Assembly (NCBI GenBank): GCA_017853275.1
Contig: JAFMJV010000007.1
Span: 1,694 to 65,693 of the forward strand
Direction of reading: 5' to 3'
From: Chloroflexota bacterium
Lineage (GTDB): Bacteria; Chloroflexota; Limnocylindria; Limnocylindrales; CSP1-4
DNA: 64,000 nucleotides
In this document: positions 46,411-56,145 of the stretch, piece after piece
How the letters are laid out: each line of letters begins with the position of its first letter
Position numbering within the stretch: the first letter of the stretch is position 1
Translations under genes and position numbers: made by a program
Notes under the pieces: model-generated
Told to the model about the DNA's origin: nothing
The model's database searches: none
What the model saw: only the letters and a program-made list of their open reading frames with translations

Positions 46411-48716
46411 GCGGCCCCGTTCGCGTCGCCGGCGGAGATCGCGGCGAGGACCTCCGGTGCGGTCATCGGGAGCGTGGCGAGACGGGCGCCCGTGGCGGCG
46501 GCGATCGCGTTCGCGACCGCGGCCGCGCCGCCGCAGACCGGTGCCTCGCCCACGCCGCGCGCGCCGAGCGGGCCGTCCGGGGCGGGGACCTCCACGATCC
46601 GCGCCTCGATCGGCGGGATCGCGCTCGCGCGGGGGACCGCGTAGTCCATGAAGGAGCCGGTGATCGGCTGGCCCGTCTCGTCGAAGCGGAGCGCCTCCCA
46701 GAGCGCCCACCCGAGCCCCTGGACGGCGCCGCCGCGCATCTGACCCTCGATGAGCGCGGGGCTGATCGCCTTCCCGGCATCCTGGATCAGGACGTAGCCG
46801 AGGACGGTCACCTCGCCGGTCTCCTGGTCCACGCGGACGTGGGCGAGATGGCCGGTGGAGCCGGGCGCGAGCGCCGGGGTCTCGGTGGATCCCTGGCCCT
46901 CGATCGGCTGGCCGTTCACGCCCTTCCCCTCGCCCCGTGCGGCGAGCGTGGCCACGGGGATCCCGCGCTCCGGGGCGCCCCGGGGCCGGACGATCCCGTC
47001 CACCACCTCGAGGTCCCCGGGCTCGATCTCCATCTCCTGGGACGCGTAGCGCAGGAGCCGCTCGCGTGCCTCGGTGGCGGCGGCCACCACGGACCGGCCC
47101 ACGCTGTAGGTGACGACCGAGCCGCCGCTCGTGGGCGAGGTGAGCGCCACGTGCGCGTCCGCCACGATGACCGTGACATCCTCCGGGCGGATCCCGAAGG
47201 CATGCGCGGCGAGCGCCTGGAAGGTGCCGGTGGTCCCGCTCATGTCCACGACCCCGGTGATCAGGGTGAGCGTCCCGTCCCCTTCCAGCCGCGCGGAGAC
47301 CGAGGCGGGCGCGCACGCGCCGGCCCAGACGCCGACCCCGAGGCCGACCCCTTCCCCCGCGGGGAGCGTGGCGCGGCCGGCCCAGAGCGGGTGCCGCTCC
47401 ACCTCATCGAGGATCGCGGAGACGCCGATGACCGGCCAGGGGGTCCCGTCCGCCATCGGGTCGCCGGTCTGTGACAGGTTCCGGCGGCGCAGCTCGAGCG
47501 GGTCGATGCCGAGGCGCCCGGCGAGCTCGTCCAGCGCCGATTCGATCGCGAAGGAGGCCTGGGGGCCGCCGGGGCCGCGATACGAGCCGGTCCCCACCCG
47601 GTTCGTCTCCACGCCGAAGGCCTGGATATCGAGCGCCTCCCAGCGCCAGGGGCCCGCCACGAGGATCGCGGCGATCGATTCGATCGTCCACTCCGACCAT
47701 GCGCCGGAATCGAAGACGAGGCGGGCGCGGAGGCCGGTGAGCGTCCCGTCCGCGCGCGCACCCACCTCCAGCTCCAGGACGGATCCCGGGGCAGGGTTCG
47801 TGGCGAGGATGTCCTCGCGCCGGGTCATCGCCACGCGGACCGGGCGGCCGAGCGCGAGCGCGGCCCCCACGGCGAGCGGATCCGTCACGAGGAGCTTGGA
47901 TCCGAAGGCACCGCCGAGGGGGGTCCCGCGGACCCGGACCTTCGCGAGCGGGAGCCCGAAGATCTTCGCCAGCTGGCTCCGCGCGTACTGCGTCCCCTGC
48001 GCCGCGACCGCGAGCTCGACCCCGCCGTCCGCGGTGGGGATCGCGGTCGCCGCGTGCGGCTCGAGGTAGGCCTGGTAGACCCACGGGGTGGTGTAGCGGC
48101 GGCGGATGACGACATCGCTCGCGGCCAGGGCGGCATCGATCTCGCCACGCGCATGGTGGTGGCGGCCCACCACGTTCCGGGAGAGCGCGAGGGCGGGCGC
48201 CGCCGCCTCCTCGTGGCCGCCGATCCCGGCATGGATGCTGCGGATCTCCTCGCCGTCGTGCTCCTGGGCACGCTCGCGGGCGAGCGGCGAGGACGGATCC
48301 ATGGCGGCTTCCGCGTCCAGGACGACGGCGAGCGGGGTCGCGTTCACCCAGACGCGCGCGGCACCGTCCGCGGCAGCCTCCGGCGTCTCCGCCACCACGA
48401 GCGCGATCGGCTGGCCCGCGAAGACCGCCTCGCGGCCGGCGAGCGGCGAGAACATCCGCATATCGCCCTTGCCGCGGATCGGCAGGTCCTCCGCGGTGAG
48501 GACCGCCACGACGCCGGGGACGGCGAGCGCCTCCGTGGTCTCGAGGGAATCGATCCGGGCGTGGGCGTAGACGGAGAGGACGAGCCGGGCATGGAGAAGG
48601 CCCGGGACGGCCTCGTCCGCGCAGTAGCGGATCGAGCCGGTGACGCGCTCGCGGGCGTCCGGCCGGGCACGGCGCCCGCCGATCACGGCACTCTCGGGAT
48701 GGACGGGTGCGGTCAT
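46407..48716 (-). CDS. Xanthine dehydrogenase/CoxL family molybdopterin-binding subunit
   Basis: RVTG..RY..D, SVYAHARI, QAYLEPH, GGAFGSK, YRGPG, EGQMRGG, ARGVGE. Confidence 0.92.
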   Translation of the reverse strand: MTAPVHPESAVIGGRRARPDARERVTGSIRYCADEAVPGLLHARLVLSVYAHARIDSLETTEALAVPGVVAVLTAEDLPIRGKGDMRMFSPLAGREAVFAGQPIALVVAETPEAAADGAARVWVNATPLAVVLDAEAAMDPSSPLARERAQEHDGEEIRSIHAGIGGHEEAAAPALALSRNVVGRHHHARGEIDAALAASDVVIRRRYTTPWVYQAYLEPHAATAIPTADGGVELAVAAQGTQYARSQLAKIFGLPLAKVRVRGTPLGGAFGSKLLVTDPLAVGAALALGRPVRVAMTRREDILATNPAPGSVLELEVGARADGTLTGLRARLVFDSGAWSEWTIESIAAILVAGPWRWEALDIQAFGVETNRVGTGSYRGPGGPQASFAIESALDELAGRLGIDPLELRRRNLSQTGDPMADGTPWPVIGVSAILDEVERHPLWAGRATLPAGEGVGLGVGVWAGACAPASVSARLEGDGTLTLITGVVDMSGTTGTFQALAAHAFGIRPEDVTVIVADAHVALTSPTSGGSVVTYSVGRSVVAAATEARERLLRYASQEMEIEPGDLEVVDGIVRPRGAPERGIPVATLAARGEGKGVNGQPIEGQGSTETPALAPGSTGHLAHVRVDQETGEVTVLGYVLIQDAGKAISPALIEGQMRGGAVQGLGWALWEALRFDETGQPITGSFMDYAVPRASAIPPIEARIVEVPAPDGPLGARGVGEAPVCGGAAAVANAIAAATGARLATLPMTAPEVLAAISAGDANGAA

Positions 48717-48841
48717 CGTCGCTCGCCTCCTGCTCGCTGGGTCGCGCCCGGAGCGTAGCGCAGCGCCGACCTGCCCGCGCCCCCGGGACGGCGCATCATG
48801 CGCAGGCCGGTGACCGCCGGTGGGTGGCCGGCGGAGGACGG

Positions 48842-49837
48842 GTGGGGATCGAGATCGTCGCGGGGCTGGGGGCCGCGCTCTGCTGGGGGATCTTCGCCTG
48901 GATCGGGACGGTCGCGGCGCGCCGGATGGGCGGCTGGATCGTGAACCTCGGCGCCACCCTCTTCACGCTCGTCGTCATCCTCCCCGCCTTCCCCTTCGCG
49001 TGGCCGGAGCGGCTCGCCGACCCCGGGACGACCGCCATCGTCATCCTCGCGATCGCCGCCCTGTGCGTCCTCCTCGCGGATGCGCTCACCTTCCAGCTCC
49101 TCACCGTGGCGCCGGTCGCCCTCGTCTACCCGATCTTCGCGAGCAACAGCGCGATCGTCGTCCTCCTCGCGGTCCTCATCCTCGGCGAGACGCTCGTCCC
49201 GCTCCAGGTGCTCGCGATCGTCCTCGTGGCGGTGGGGATCTTCGCGATCGCATGGCGGCCGGAGGAGCGGCCGCTCCGTGCCCGGCGGCGTGCAGCTGCC
49301 CTCGCGAGCACGGTCGAGCCGGGTGACACGCCGGCTCCGGCGCCCCGGCGCTCGCTCGGATCGCTCTTCGTCCGGCCCGGGGGTGGCGCAGGACGGCCCG
49401 CGGACCAGGCCTCGCTCGCGGTCATCGCCGCGGCGCTCGGTCTCATGGTCCTCGCCGCGGTCGGCGTCTTCCTCGGCGCCACGCAGATCAAGGAGCTCGG
49501 CTGGTATCCGCCGCTCCTCGTGGAGCGCGGGCTCCAGTCGATCCTCATCACCGGGCTCCTGGTGGGGGGGCATCCGCCGGCCGCCCGGCTCCGGGAGATC
49601 GGACGACGCTGGTGGGCGGCGCTCCTCGTCATGGGCGTCCTCAACGCGGTGGCCGCGATCTTCTACGGGCTGGGGAACCAGCTCGGCTCCACGGCGGTGA
49701 CCGCCACGATCACCTCCACCTTCGTGGCGGTGCCCGTGATCCTGGGGATCGTCGTCTTCCGCGAGCGGCCGGCGCGCCGCCAGGTGGCGGGGATCGTGGC
49801 CGCGCTCGGCGGGACGATCCTCCTCGGCGCGGCCTGA
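48842..49837 (+). CDS. DMT/EamA family transporter
   Basis: SD GGAGGA then GTG; about 10 TM helices in two repeats; LGETL and FRERP. Confidence 0.85.
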   Translation: MGIEIVAGLGAALCWGIFAWIGTVAARRMGGWIVNLGATLFTLVVILPAFPFAWPERLADPGTTAIVILAIAALCVLLADALTFQLLTVAPVALVYPIFASNSAIVVLLAVLILGETLVPLQVLAIVLVAVGIFAIAWRPEERPLRARRRAAALASTVEPGDTPAPAPRRSLGSLFVRPGGGAGRPADQASLAVIAAALGLMVLAAVGVFLGATQIKELGWYPPLLVERGLQSILITGLLVGGHPPAARLREIGRRWWAALLVMGVLNAVAAIFYGLGNQLGSTAVTATITSTFVAVPVILGIVVFRERPARRQVAGIVAALGGTILLGAA

Positions 49838-49855
49838 TCCGGCCGCGGCCGCGGA

Positions 49856-50881
49856 TCAGTAGCCCGCGCCCGCCTCCACGACGTTGATCTGCGGCTCGCC
49901 CGCGAGGTCGCGGCGGAGCTGCTCGGCGAGGATGACCGCGGTGAGGTGCCAGAGGTGGTCGCGATCCCCGATCGCGGAGATGTGCGGGGTGACGAGGAGG
50001 TTCGGGGCCGCCCAGAGCGGGTCATCGGGTGGGAGCGGCTCGGGGGTGGTCACGTCCACGATCGCGCCGCCGAGCCGGCCCGCATGGAGCGCCGCCCCGA
50101 GCGCGGCCTGGTCCACGAGGGCGCCACGCCCCACGTTGTGGAGCCACGCATCCGGGCGCATCCGCGCGAGGACGGCCGCGCTCACGATCCCCCGCGTGGC
50201 CGGGGTGAGCGGCGCCGTGAGGAGGAGGTGGTCCGCGTCCGCGACCGCGTCCGCGAGATCCCCGGGTGCCACCCAGCGGTCCGGGATCATCCCCTCCGGG
50301 TCCCCGGTGCCGGGCTCCCGCCAGCCCGGATCCGCGCGCCGGTCCGGGTCGCGCTTCACCGCCGTGATCCGGACGCCGAGCGCGTCCAGAAGGCGGGCCG
50401 TCTCGCGGCCGATGCTCCCGTAGCCCACGATGACGGCCCGCCGGCCACGGAGCCGGAGCCCGGCAAGGCCGCTCTCCGCGCCCTCCCAGCGGCGCTCCGC
50501 GTGCGCGGCCATCCGGGCAGGGATCCGCTGCGCCGCGTGGAGGACGCCCGCGACCAGGTACTCCGCCATGTGGACCGCGTGGATCCCGCTCCCGTTCGTG
50601 ACCACGATCCCGCGCGACCACGGGTCGAGCGGGGGGATCCCCTCCACGCCTGCCGCCGCGGTGAAGACCCAGCGGAGCCGGGGCATCCCCGCAGAGCTCA
50701 TCGGGACCGTGCTCGCCACGAGGATCTCCGCCTCGGGGTCGATGAGCGCATCGACCCACGCCTGGCTGTCCTCGCCCCCGTGGATGATCTCCAGGCGCGG
50801 GTGGACCGCGGCGAGGAGCGCCCGGTCCGCCTCCGTGAAGGGATAGACGGAGCGGACGCGGATCCGCCCGGCGCCGCTCAT
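49856..50881 (-). CDS. D-2-hydroxyacid dehydrogenase
   Basis: TNGSGIHA..MAEY, GYGSIG, NVGRG, DVTTPEPLP, TPHIS; ATGA overlap. Confidence 0.9.
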   Translation of the reverse strand: MSGAGRIRVRSVYPFTEADRALLAAVHPRLEIIHGGEDSQAWVDALIDPEAEILVASTVPMSSAGMPRLRWVFTAAAGVEGIPPLDPWSRGIVVTNGSGIHAVHMAEYLVAGVLHAAQRIPARMAAHAERRWEGAESGLAGLRLRGRRAVIVGYGSIGRETARLLDALGVRITAVKRDPDRRADPGWREPGTGDPEGMIPDRWVAPGDLADAVADADHLLLTAPLTPATRGIVSAAVLARMRPDAWLHNVGRGALVDQAALGAALHAGRLGGAIVDVTTPEPLPPDDPLWAAPNLLVTPHISAIGDRDHLWHLTAVILAEQLRRDLAGEPQINVVEAGAGY

Positions 50882-51909
50882 CCGGCGACCGTGGCGATCA
50901 CCTCCGGCGAGAGCGCCGACACATCGGCGATCCCGCACATCCCGGTCTCCTCCGCGAGCTCCGTGGTGAGCGCACCGAGGACGCGCGTGACGCCCTCCGC
51001 CCCGCCGCACGCGAGGCCCCAGCAGACGGAGCGGGCGGAGAAGACGGCGCGGGCACCGAGCGCGAGCGCGATGAGCGCATCGGTCCCGTTCCGGACGCCG
51101 CCGTCCAGGTAGACCTCCGCCTTCCCGGCGACCGCCGCCACGACCCCGGGGAGGGCGTCGATCGCCGCCACGGAGCGGGCGACCTGGCGGTTGCCGTGGT
51201 TCGAGACGAGGATCCCGCGGGCCCCCGAATCGAGCGCGCGGCGGGCGTCATCGCCGTGGAGGATCCCCTTGGGCACGATCGGGAGCGAGGTGATCCCGGC
51301 CATCCAGGAGAGGTAGCTCCAGTCGTTCTTCGCCGTGAGATCGTGCGTGGAGGCGCCGTGGGCGAGCGTGACGCCGGCGGGGAGCCGGAAGCCGACCGAG
51401 GCCGGGGTATGGGAGACGGGGAGCGGCGTGTTCACGAGCGGGACGATCGCCTTGACGCCCGCTGCCTCCGCCTGGCGGATCACCTCCGCGAGCGCGTCGC
51501 GGTCCACCCAGTTGTAGAGCTGGAGCCAGAGCGTGGCGTCCGGGGCGGCGGTCGCGATCTCGCCGATCGGGATCGTGCTGTTCACCGGGGCGATGAAGAT
51601 CGCGCCGGCGGCCGCGGCACCCCGCGCCATCGCTGCTTCCCCATCCGGATGGAGCGCCTTCTGGATCCCGATCGGGGCGATCCCGATCGGCGTCCGGACC
51701 TCCGTGCCGAGGACGGTGGTGGCGGTGCGCACGGCGGAGACGTCGCGCAGCACGCGCGGCAGGAGCCGGAAGCGGCGGAAGGCGCCCGCGTTGTCCGAGA
51801 CCGCGGCCTCACCGGAATCGATCCAGCCGAGGACGGGCTCGGGGAGGATGAGCCGCGCGACCTCACGGTAGTGGCGGGGGTCGAGCCGGTCGAGCAGCGC
51901 GTCGCTCAT
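50878..51909 (-). CDS. FMN-dependent alpha-hydroxy acid oxidase family protein (altered active site)
   Basis: HPDGE, LQLY, PKG, SNHGNRQ, DGGVRNGTD; SD GAGGAGAAGGAG. Confidence 0.88.
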   Translation of the reverse strand: MSDALLDRLDPRHYREVARLILPEPVLGWIDSGEAAVSDNAGAFRRFRLLPRVLRDVSAVRTATTVLGTEVRTPIGIAPIGIQKALHPDGEAAMARGAAAAGAIFIAPVNSTIPIGEIATAAPDATLWLQLYNWVDRDALAEVIRQAEAAGVKAIVPLVNTPLPVSHTPASVGFRLPAGVTLAHGASTHDLTAKNDWSYLSWMAGITSLPIVPKGILHGDDARRALDSGARGILVSNHGNRQVARSVAAIDALPGVVAAVAGKAEVYLDGGVRNGTDALIALALGARAVFSARSVCWGLACGGAEGVTRVLGALTTELAEETGMCGIADVSALSPEVIATVAG

Positions 51910-52069
51910 GCGGGGTCTCCTTCTCCTCGGGGGCGCCACTCTCCGGGCGCCGGGCCATCGTAGCGACCGGCGCGGGGCGCGGCGGGGCGGTCCGGCGCAT
52001 CCGGGCCGGCGCTAGACTCCCGGTTCGGGCCCGACCACCGGTGGCCGGGCCGGCACCGATGGAGGCGGC

Positions 52070-53056
52070 ATGGGCGCGACACTTCCCCGGATCGTCACGA
52101 TCGTCGATTCCGAGGGTCTTCTCGCGCCCGGCATCGAGCGGCTCCGGGAGCGCGACGTGGAGGTCCGGATCCTCCCCGCCGGGACCCCCCAGCCCGAGGC
52201 CGCCCGCCTCGCCGCCGGATCGAGCGCCCTCCTCGTGGGGACCTCCACCTTCAAGGCGCCGGAGCTCGACCTCCTCACCGGCGTGCGCCTCATCGTGCGT
52301 GCGGGGATCGGCTACGACGTCATCGACCACGTGGCCGCGGCCGAGCGCGGGATCTGGGTGGCGAACGTCCCGGACTACTGCGCGGACGAGGTCGCGGACC
52401 ACACCGTCCTCCTCCTCATGGCCGCTGCCCGGCGCCTGGACGAGGGGCTGCGGCTCTTCCGCGATGCGGGCCGCTGGCTGATCTACGAGAAGCTCTCCCC
52501 GGTCTACCGGCCCTCGGAGCGGACGCTCGGCATCGTGGGCATGGGCCGGATCGGGGCGCGCGTGGCGGCCCGTGCGGCGGCCTTCGGCTGGAAGGTGATC
52601 GGCCACGATGCGGTCCTCCCCCCGGAGACGATCCGCGCCCGGGGTGCCGAGCCCGTCTCGCTCGAGGAGCTCTTCCGGCGCTCCAACGCCGTCACCCTCC
52701 ACTGCCCGCTCTCGGACGAGACGCATCACCTCGTGAACGCGGAGCGGCTCGCGCTCATGCCGCGCGGCGCGATCGTCGTGAACACCTCGCGCGGCGGGCT
52801 CATCGACATCGATGCCCTGGATGCGGCGGTCGTCTCCGGCCAGGTCTCCGCGGCCGGGCTGGACGTGCTGGAGGACGAGCCGAACGTCCGGATGGACCAG
52901 CCGATCCTCACCCGCCCGAACGTCATGGTCACCTCGCACCTCGCGTGGTACTCCGTGGATGCGCGGCGCGAGCTCGCGATCCTGTGCGCGGAGGAGGCGA
53001 TCCGCGTCATCGAGGGGGGCGAGCCGCGGAACCCGGTGAACCGGCCCGTCCGCTGA
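52070..53056 (+). CDS. CtBP-like D-2-hydroxyacid dehydrogenase
   Basis: RAGIGYD, NVPDYCADEVADH, GMGRIG, NTSRGG, DVLEDEP, HLAWYS. Confidence 0.92.
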   Translation: MGATLPRIVTIVDSEGLLAPGIERLRERDVEVRILPAGTPQPEAARLAAGSSALLVGTSTFKAPELDLLTGVRLIVRAGIGYDVIDHVAAAERGIWVANVPDYCADEVADHTVLLLMAAARRLDEGLRLFRDAGRWLIYEKLSPVYRPSERTLGIVGMGRIGARVAARAAAFGWKVIGHDAVLPPETIRARGAEPVSLEELFRRSNAVTLHCPLSDETHHLVNAERLALMPRGAIVVNTSRGGLIDIDALDAAVVSGQVSAAGLDVLEDEPNVRMDQPILTRPNVMVTSHLAWYSVDARRELAILCAEEAIRVIEGGEPRNPVNRPVR

Positions 53057-54162
53057 TGGCCGGTGCGCGTCCCGGCGACGCGCGCCGGACCCTCCCCGCG
53101 GACCTCGAGCGGCTCCCCTGGCCGGAGATCGCGCGGCGTGCTGCAGAGGCGCTCCCGGAACCCACGCGGCGCTACTGGCTGACCGGTGCGCGGGACGGCC
53201 GCGCGATGGAGGAGAGCGCCGCTGCCTGGGGCGCGTGGTGGATCCGCCCCCGCCGGCTCGGCGGCGAGGAGGACACCCCCATCCTCGCCACGCACCTCGC
53301 GGGGACCCCGGTCGCTCACCCGGTCGTGGTGGGCCCGTCCGCTGCGCACCGGCTGGGGACGCCGCGCGGGGAGCTCGCCACGGCGGAGGCGGTCGCGGCG
53401 CACGGCGGGCTGATCGTGGTCTCCACGAGCGCGACCGTCCCGATCGAGGAGATCGCCCGCGTGCCGGGGATCCGCTTCTGGTTCCAGCTCTACCCGCTCG
53501 CGGATGCCACGGGGACGGAGGCGATGGTCCGGCGTGCCGTGGACGCGGGGGCGGAGGCGATCGTCCTCACCGTGGACATGACCGCGGACGGACGCTCCGG
53601 CGACCTCCCGGCGAGCGGCTTCGTCACGCCGGCGGGGATCGGCTACCCGATGCACCCCGCCGAGGTCGCCCGGCTCCCGCGGCTCGACTGGGGCTGGGCG
53701 ACGGCGCTCGCGGGGCGCGCGGGGGTCCCCGTCCTCCTCAAGGGGATCCTCCATCCCGCGGACGCGCTCCGGGCGGCGGAGCTCGGCTTCGCCGGGGTCG
53801 TCGTCTCCACGCACGGCGGGCGGACCCTCGATTCCGTCCTCCCCTCCGCGCTCGCCCTGCGCGAGATCGCGCCCGCGGTGGGCGGACGGATCCCCCTCCA
53901 TGCCGATTCCGGGATCCGCCGCGGGAGTGACATCCTGAAGGCGCTCGCCCTCGGCGCGCAGGCGGCGTGGGTCGTCCGGCCGGTCCTCTGGGGCCTCGCC
54001 CTCGCGGGTGCGGAGGGCGCCGCGGCGGTCATCGGCCGGCTCGTGCGCGAGCTCGCGGAGGAGATGGCCTTCGCAGGGATCGCGGGCGTGGATGCGATCC
54101 CGGACGACCTCCTCGTCCCCCGGATCCCCCTCCCTCCCCCCTGGCAGCAGGAGATGGCATGA
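53056..54162 (+). CDS. FMN-dependent alpha-hydroxy acid oxidase family protein
   Basis: TGATG overlap; FQLY, TVD, LKG, STHGGRTLD, DSGIRRGSDILKALALGA. Confidence 0.88.
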   Translation: MAGARPGDARRTLPADLERLPWPEIARRAAEALPEPTRRYWLTGARDGRAMEESAAAWGAWWIRPRRLGGEEDTPILATHLAGTPVAHPVVVGPSAAHRLGTPRGELATAEAVAAHGGLIVVSTSATVPIEEIARVPGIRFWFQLYPLADATGTEAMVRRAVDAGAEAIVLTVDMTADGRSGDLPASGFVTPAGIGYPMHPAEVARLPRLDWGWATALAGRAGVPVLLKGILHPADALRAAELGFAGVVVSTHGGRTLDSVLPSALALREIAPAVGGRIPLHADSGIRRGSDILKALALGAQAAWVVRPVLWGLALAGAEGAAAVIGRLVRELAEEMAFAGIAGVDAIPDDLLVPRIPLPPPWQQEMA

Positions 54163-55205
54163 CGGCCGAGACCGCGCACTGGTGGTGCACCGCCCCGGGG
54201 GTCGCCGAGCGACGCCTCGAGACCCTCCCCGAGCCCGGGCCGGGCGAGCTCCGCGTCCGGGTCGCGTACACCGCGATCAGCCCCGGGAGCAACCTCCACG
54301 TCTGGCGGACCGGGGGATACGGGCCGGGTGGCGCGAGCGTCCCGGAGGACCTCGTCTACATGGGGAGCGGCATCGTGGAGCGGACCGGCCCCGGGGTGAG
54401 CTCCGTGGCGGCGGGCGACCGGGTCGTCATCCGCGGCGTGGGCCACCAGGCGGCGATCGTCGTCCCCGAGGCGCGCGTCGTGCGCGTGCCGGACGGGCTC
54501 CGGCTCCGCGACGCGGCGCTCTCCTACCTGCCGAGCTGGGCGGTGAGCGCCCTCCACCTCGGACGCTATGCGGCGGCGGAGACGATCGTCGTCACCGGGC
54601 TCGGGCTCGTGGGCTGCTCGGCCGCGCTCGTCGCGGAGCGGATGGGGGCGCGCGTCCTCGGGCTGGACGTGGATCCCGTCCGGGTCGCCTTCGCGGAGAC
54701 GCTCGGCCTCGGGGCGGTCGCGCAGGTCGGGACGCCGGAGGGCGCGGCTGCGGAGGCTGCCTTCCTCGCCCCGGGCGGTGGCCCGGACCTCGTCCTCGAG
54801 ACGACCGGCGCCTATGCCGGGCTCGGCGAGGCGATCCGGGTCGCGCGGGACTGGACGCGGATCGCGCTCATGGGGATCCACCGCCGCGCGCCGTCCGAGG
54901 CGGAAGCGGCCGCGCTCCACCGGGCCCTCACCACCTACCCCGCGAAGCTCCACTACGGGCGGCTCTCGTTCATCGGGGTGGGGAGCGACCCGGAGGAGCA
55001 CCCGGTCCCGGGGCCGTCCCGCGCGACGCCGCGGACGAACCTCGCCTGGGTCCTGGAGCAGGCTGCACGGGGGATGCTCCCGATCGGCCGGCTCGTCACG
55101 GAGGTCCTGCCGCCGGATGCGATCGGATCGGCGCTGGACCGGATGGCCGGCGGGGAGACCCGTCTCGTCGGCGTCGTCTTCGACTGGGCAACGGGAGAGG
55201 AGTGA
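54159..55205 (+). CDS. Medium-chain dehydrogenase/reductase (BchC-like subgroup)
   Basis: AISPGSN, GDRV, HQ, GLGLVG Rossmann motif; ATGA overlap. Confidence 0.82.
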   Translation: MTAETAHWWCTAPGVAERRLETLPEPGPGELRVRVAYTAISPGSNLHVWRTGGYGPGGASVPEDLVYMGSGIVERTGPGVSSVAAGDRVVIRGVGHQAAIVVPEARVVRVPDGLRLRDAALSYLPSWAVSALHLGRYAAAETIVVTGLGLVGCSAALVAERMGARVLGLDVDPVRVAFAETLGLGAVAQVGTPEGAAAEAAFLAPGGGPDLVLETTGAYAGLGEAIRVARDWTRIALMGIHRRAPSEAEAAALHRALTTYPAKLHYGRLSFIGVGSDPEEHPVPGPSRATPRTNLAWVLEQAARGMLPIGRLVTEVLPPDAIGSALDRMAGGETRLVGVVFDWATGEE

Positions 55206-55209
55206 GAGG

Positions 55210-56145
55210 ATGACGAGCGTGACGCGCTACCCCCGGACGATCCTCGTGGCCTGCCCCACACCGTGGGACGCGGACCTCGAGCTGGATGAGCCCACCTTCC
55301 GCGCGGAGGTGCGCGCCGTCCTTGCCGCGGGCTACACGGACCTCTACATCTTCGGGACCGGCGGGGAGGGCTACGCGGTGGACACCGCGCGCTTCCGGCG
55401 CGTGACGGAGGTCTTCGCGGACGAGGTCCTGGGGAAGCCGGGGATCCGCCCGATGGTGGGCGTGATCGGGCTCTCCACGGCGATCATCAACGAGCGGATC
55501 GCGATCGCCCACGCGATCGGCTTCCGGACCTTCCAGATCTCGCTCCCCGCGTGGGGTGCCGTGAACGACACGGAGCTCCTCACCTTCTTCCGGGGCGTCT
55601 GCGGGGCGTGGCCCGATTCGCTCTTCCTGAACTACAACCTGCCGCGCACGAAGCGCGTCCTCAACGGGCGCGACTACGCACGGATCATCCCCGAGGTCCC
55701 GAACCTCGTGGCCACCAAGACGACGAGCGGCGGCCTTGCGGGCGCGGAGGATCTCCTCCGCCACAGCCCGGAGCTCCAGCACTTCATGGGCGAGGGGAAC
55801 TTCCCCCACGGGGCGATGCTCGGGGAGTGCTCGCTCCTCGCCTCCTACGCCGAGCTCTCGCCGGCCAAGACGAACGCCCTCTTCCAGGCCGGCGTGGCCC
55901 AGGATACGGCGACCCTCTTCTCGCTCCAGCACGAGCTCCAGCAGATGCAGACGGACCTCTGGTCCACGCCCGCCAGCGCGGTCCACATGGACGGCGCCTA
56001 CGACAAGATGCTCGTGAAGCTGGGGATGCTCCCGGGCTTCCCCCTCCGGCTCCTGCCGCCCTATGCGGGCTACACGGAGGAGGACTACCAGGCGATGCGC
56101 CGGATGCTCTCCAGCCGCTGGCCGGAGTGGCTTCCGGAGGGTTAG
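55210..56145 (+). CDS. DHDPS/NAL family class I aldolase/dehydratase
   Basis: PTPW, GTGGEG, YNLP, Schiff-base Lys in NLVATK. Confidence 0.85.
   Translation: MTSVTRYPRTILVACPTPWDADLELDEPTFRAEVRAVLAAGYTDLYIFGTGGEGYAVDTARFRRVTEVFADEVLGKPGIRPMVGVIGLSTAIINERIAIAHAIGFRTFQISLPAWGAVNDTELLTFFRGVCGAWPDSLFLNYNLPRTKRVLNGRDYARIIPEVPNLVATKTTSGGLAGAEDLLRHSPELQHFMGEGNFPHGAMLGECSLLASYAELSPAKTNALFQAGVAQDTATLFSLQHELQQMQTDLWSTPASAVHMDGAYDKMLVKLGMLPGFPLRLLPPYAGYTEEDYQAMRRMLSSRWPEWLPEG

Noticed and set aside
46407-48716. Aerobic CO dehydrogenase CoxL
   Set aside because: It lacks the AYxCSFR and AYxGAGR active-site motifs and has no coxM/coxS neighbours.
55210-56145. dapA (lysine biosynthesis)
   Set aside because: GTTGE is replaced by GTGGE and the context is catabolic.
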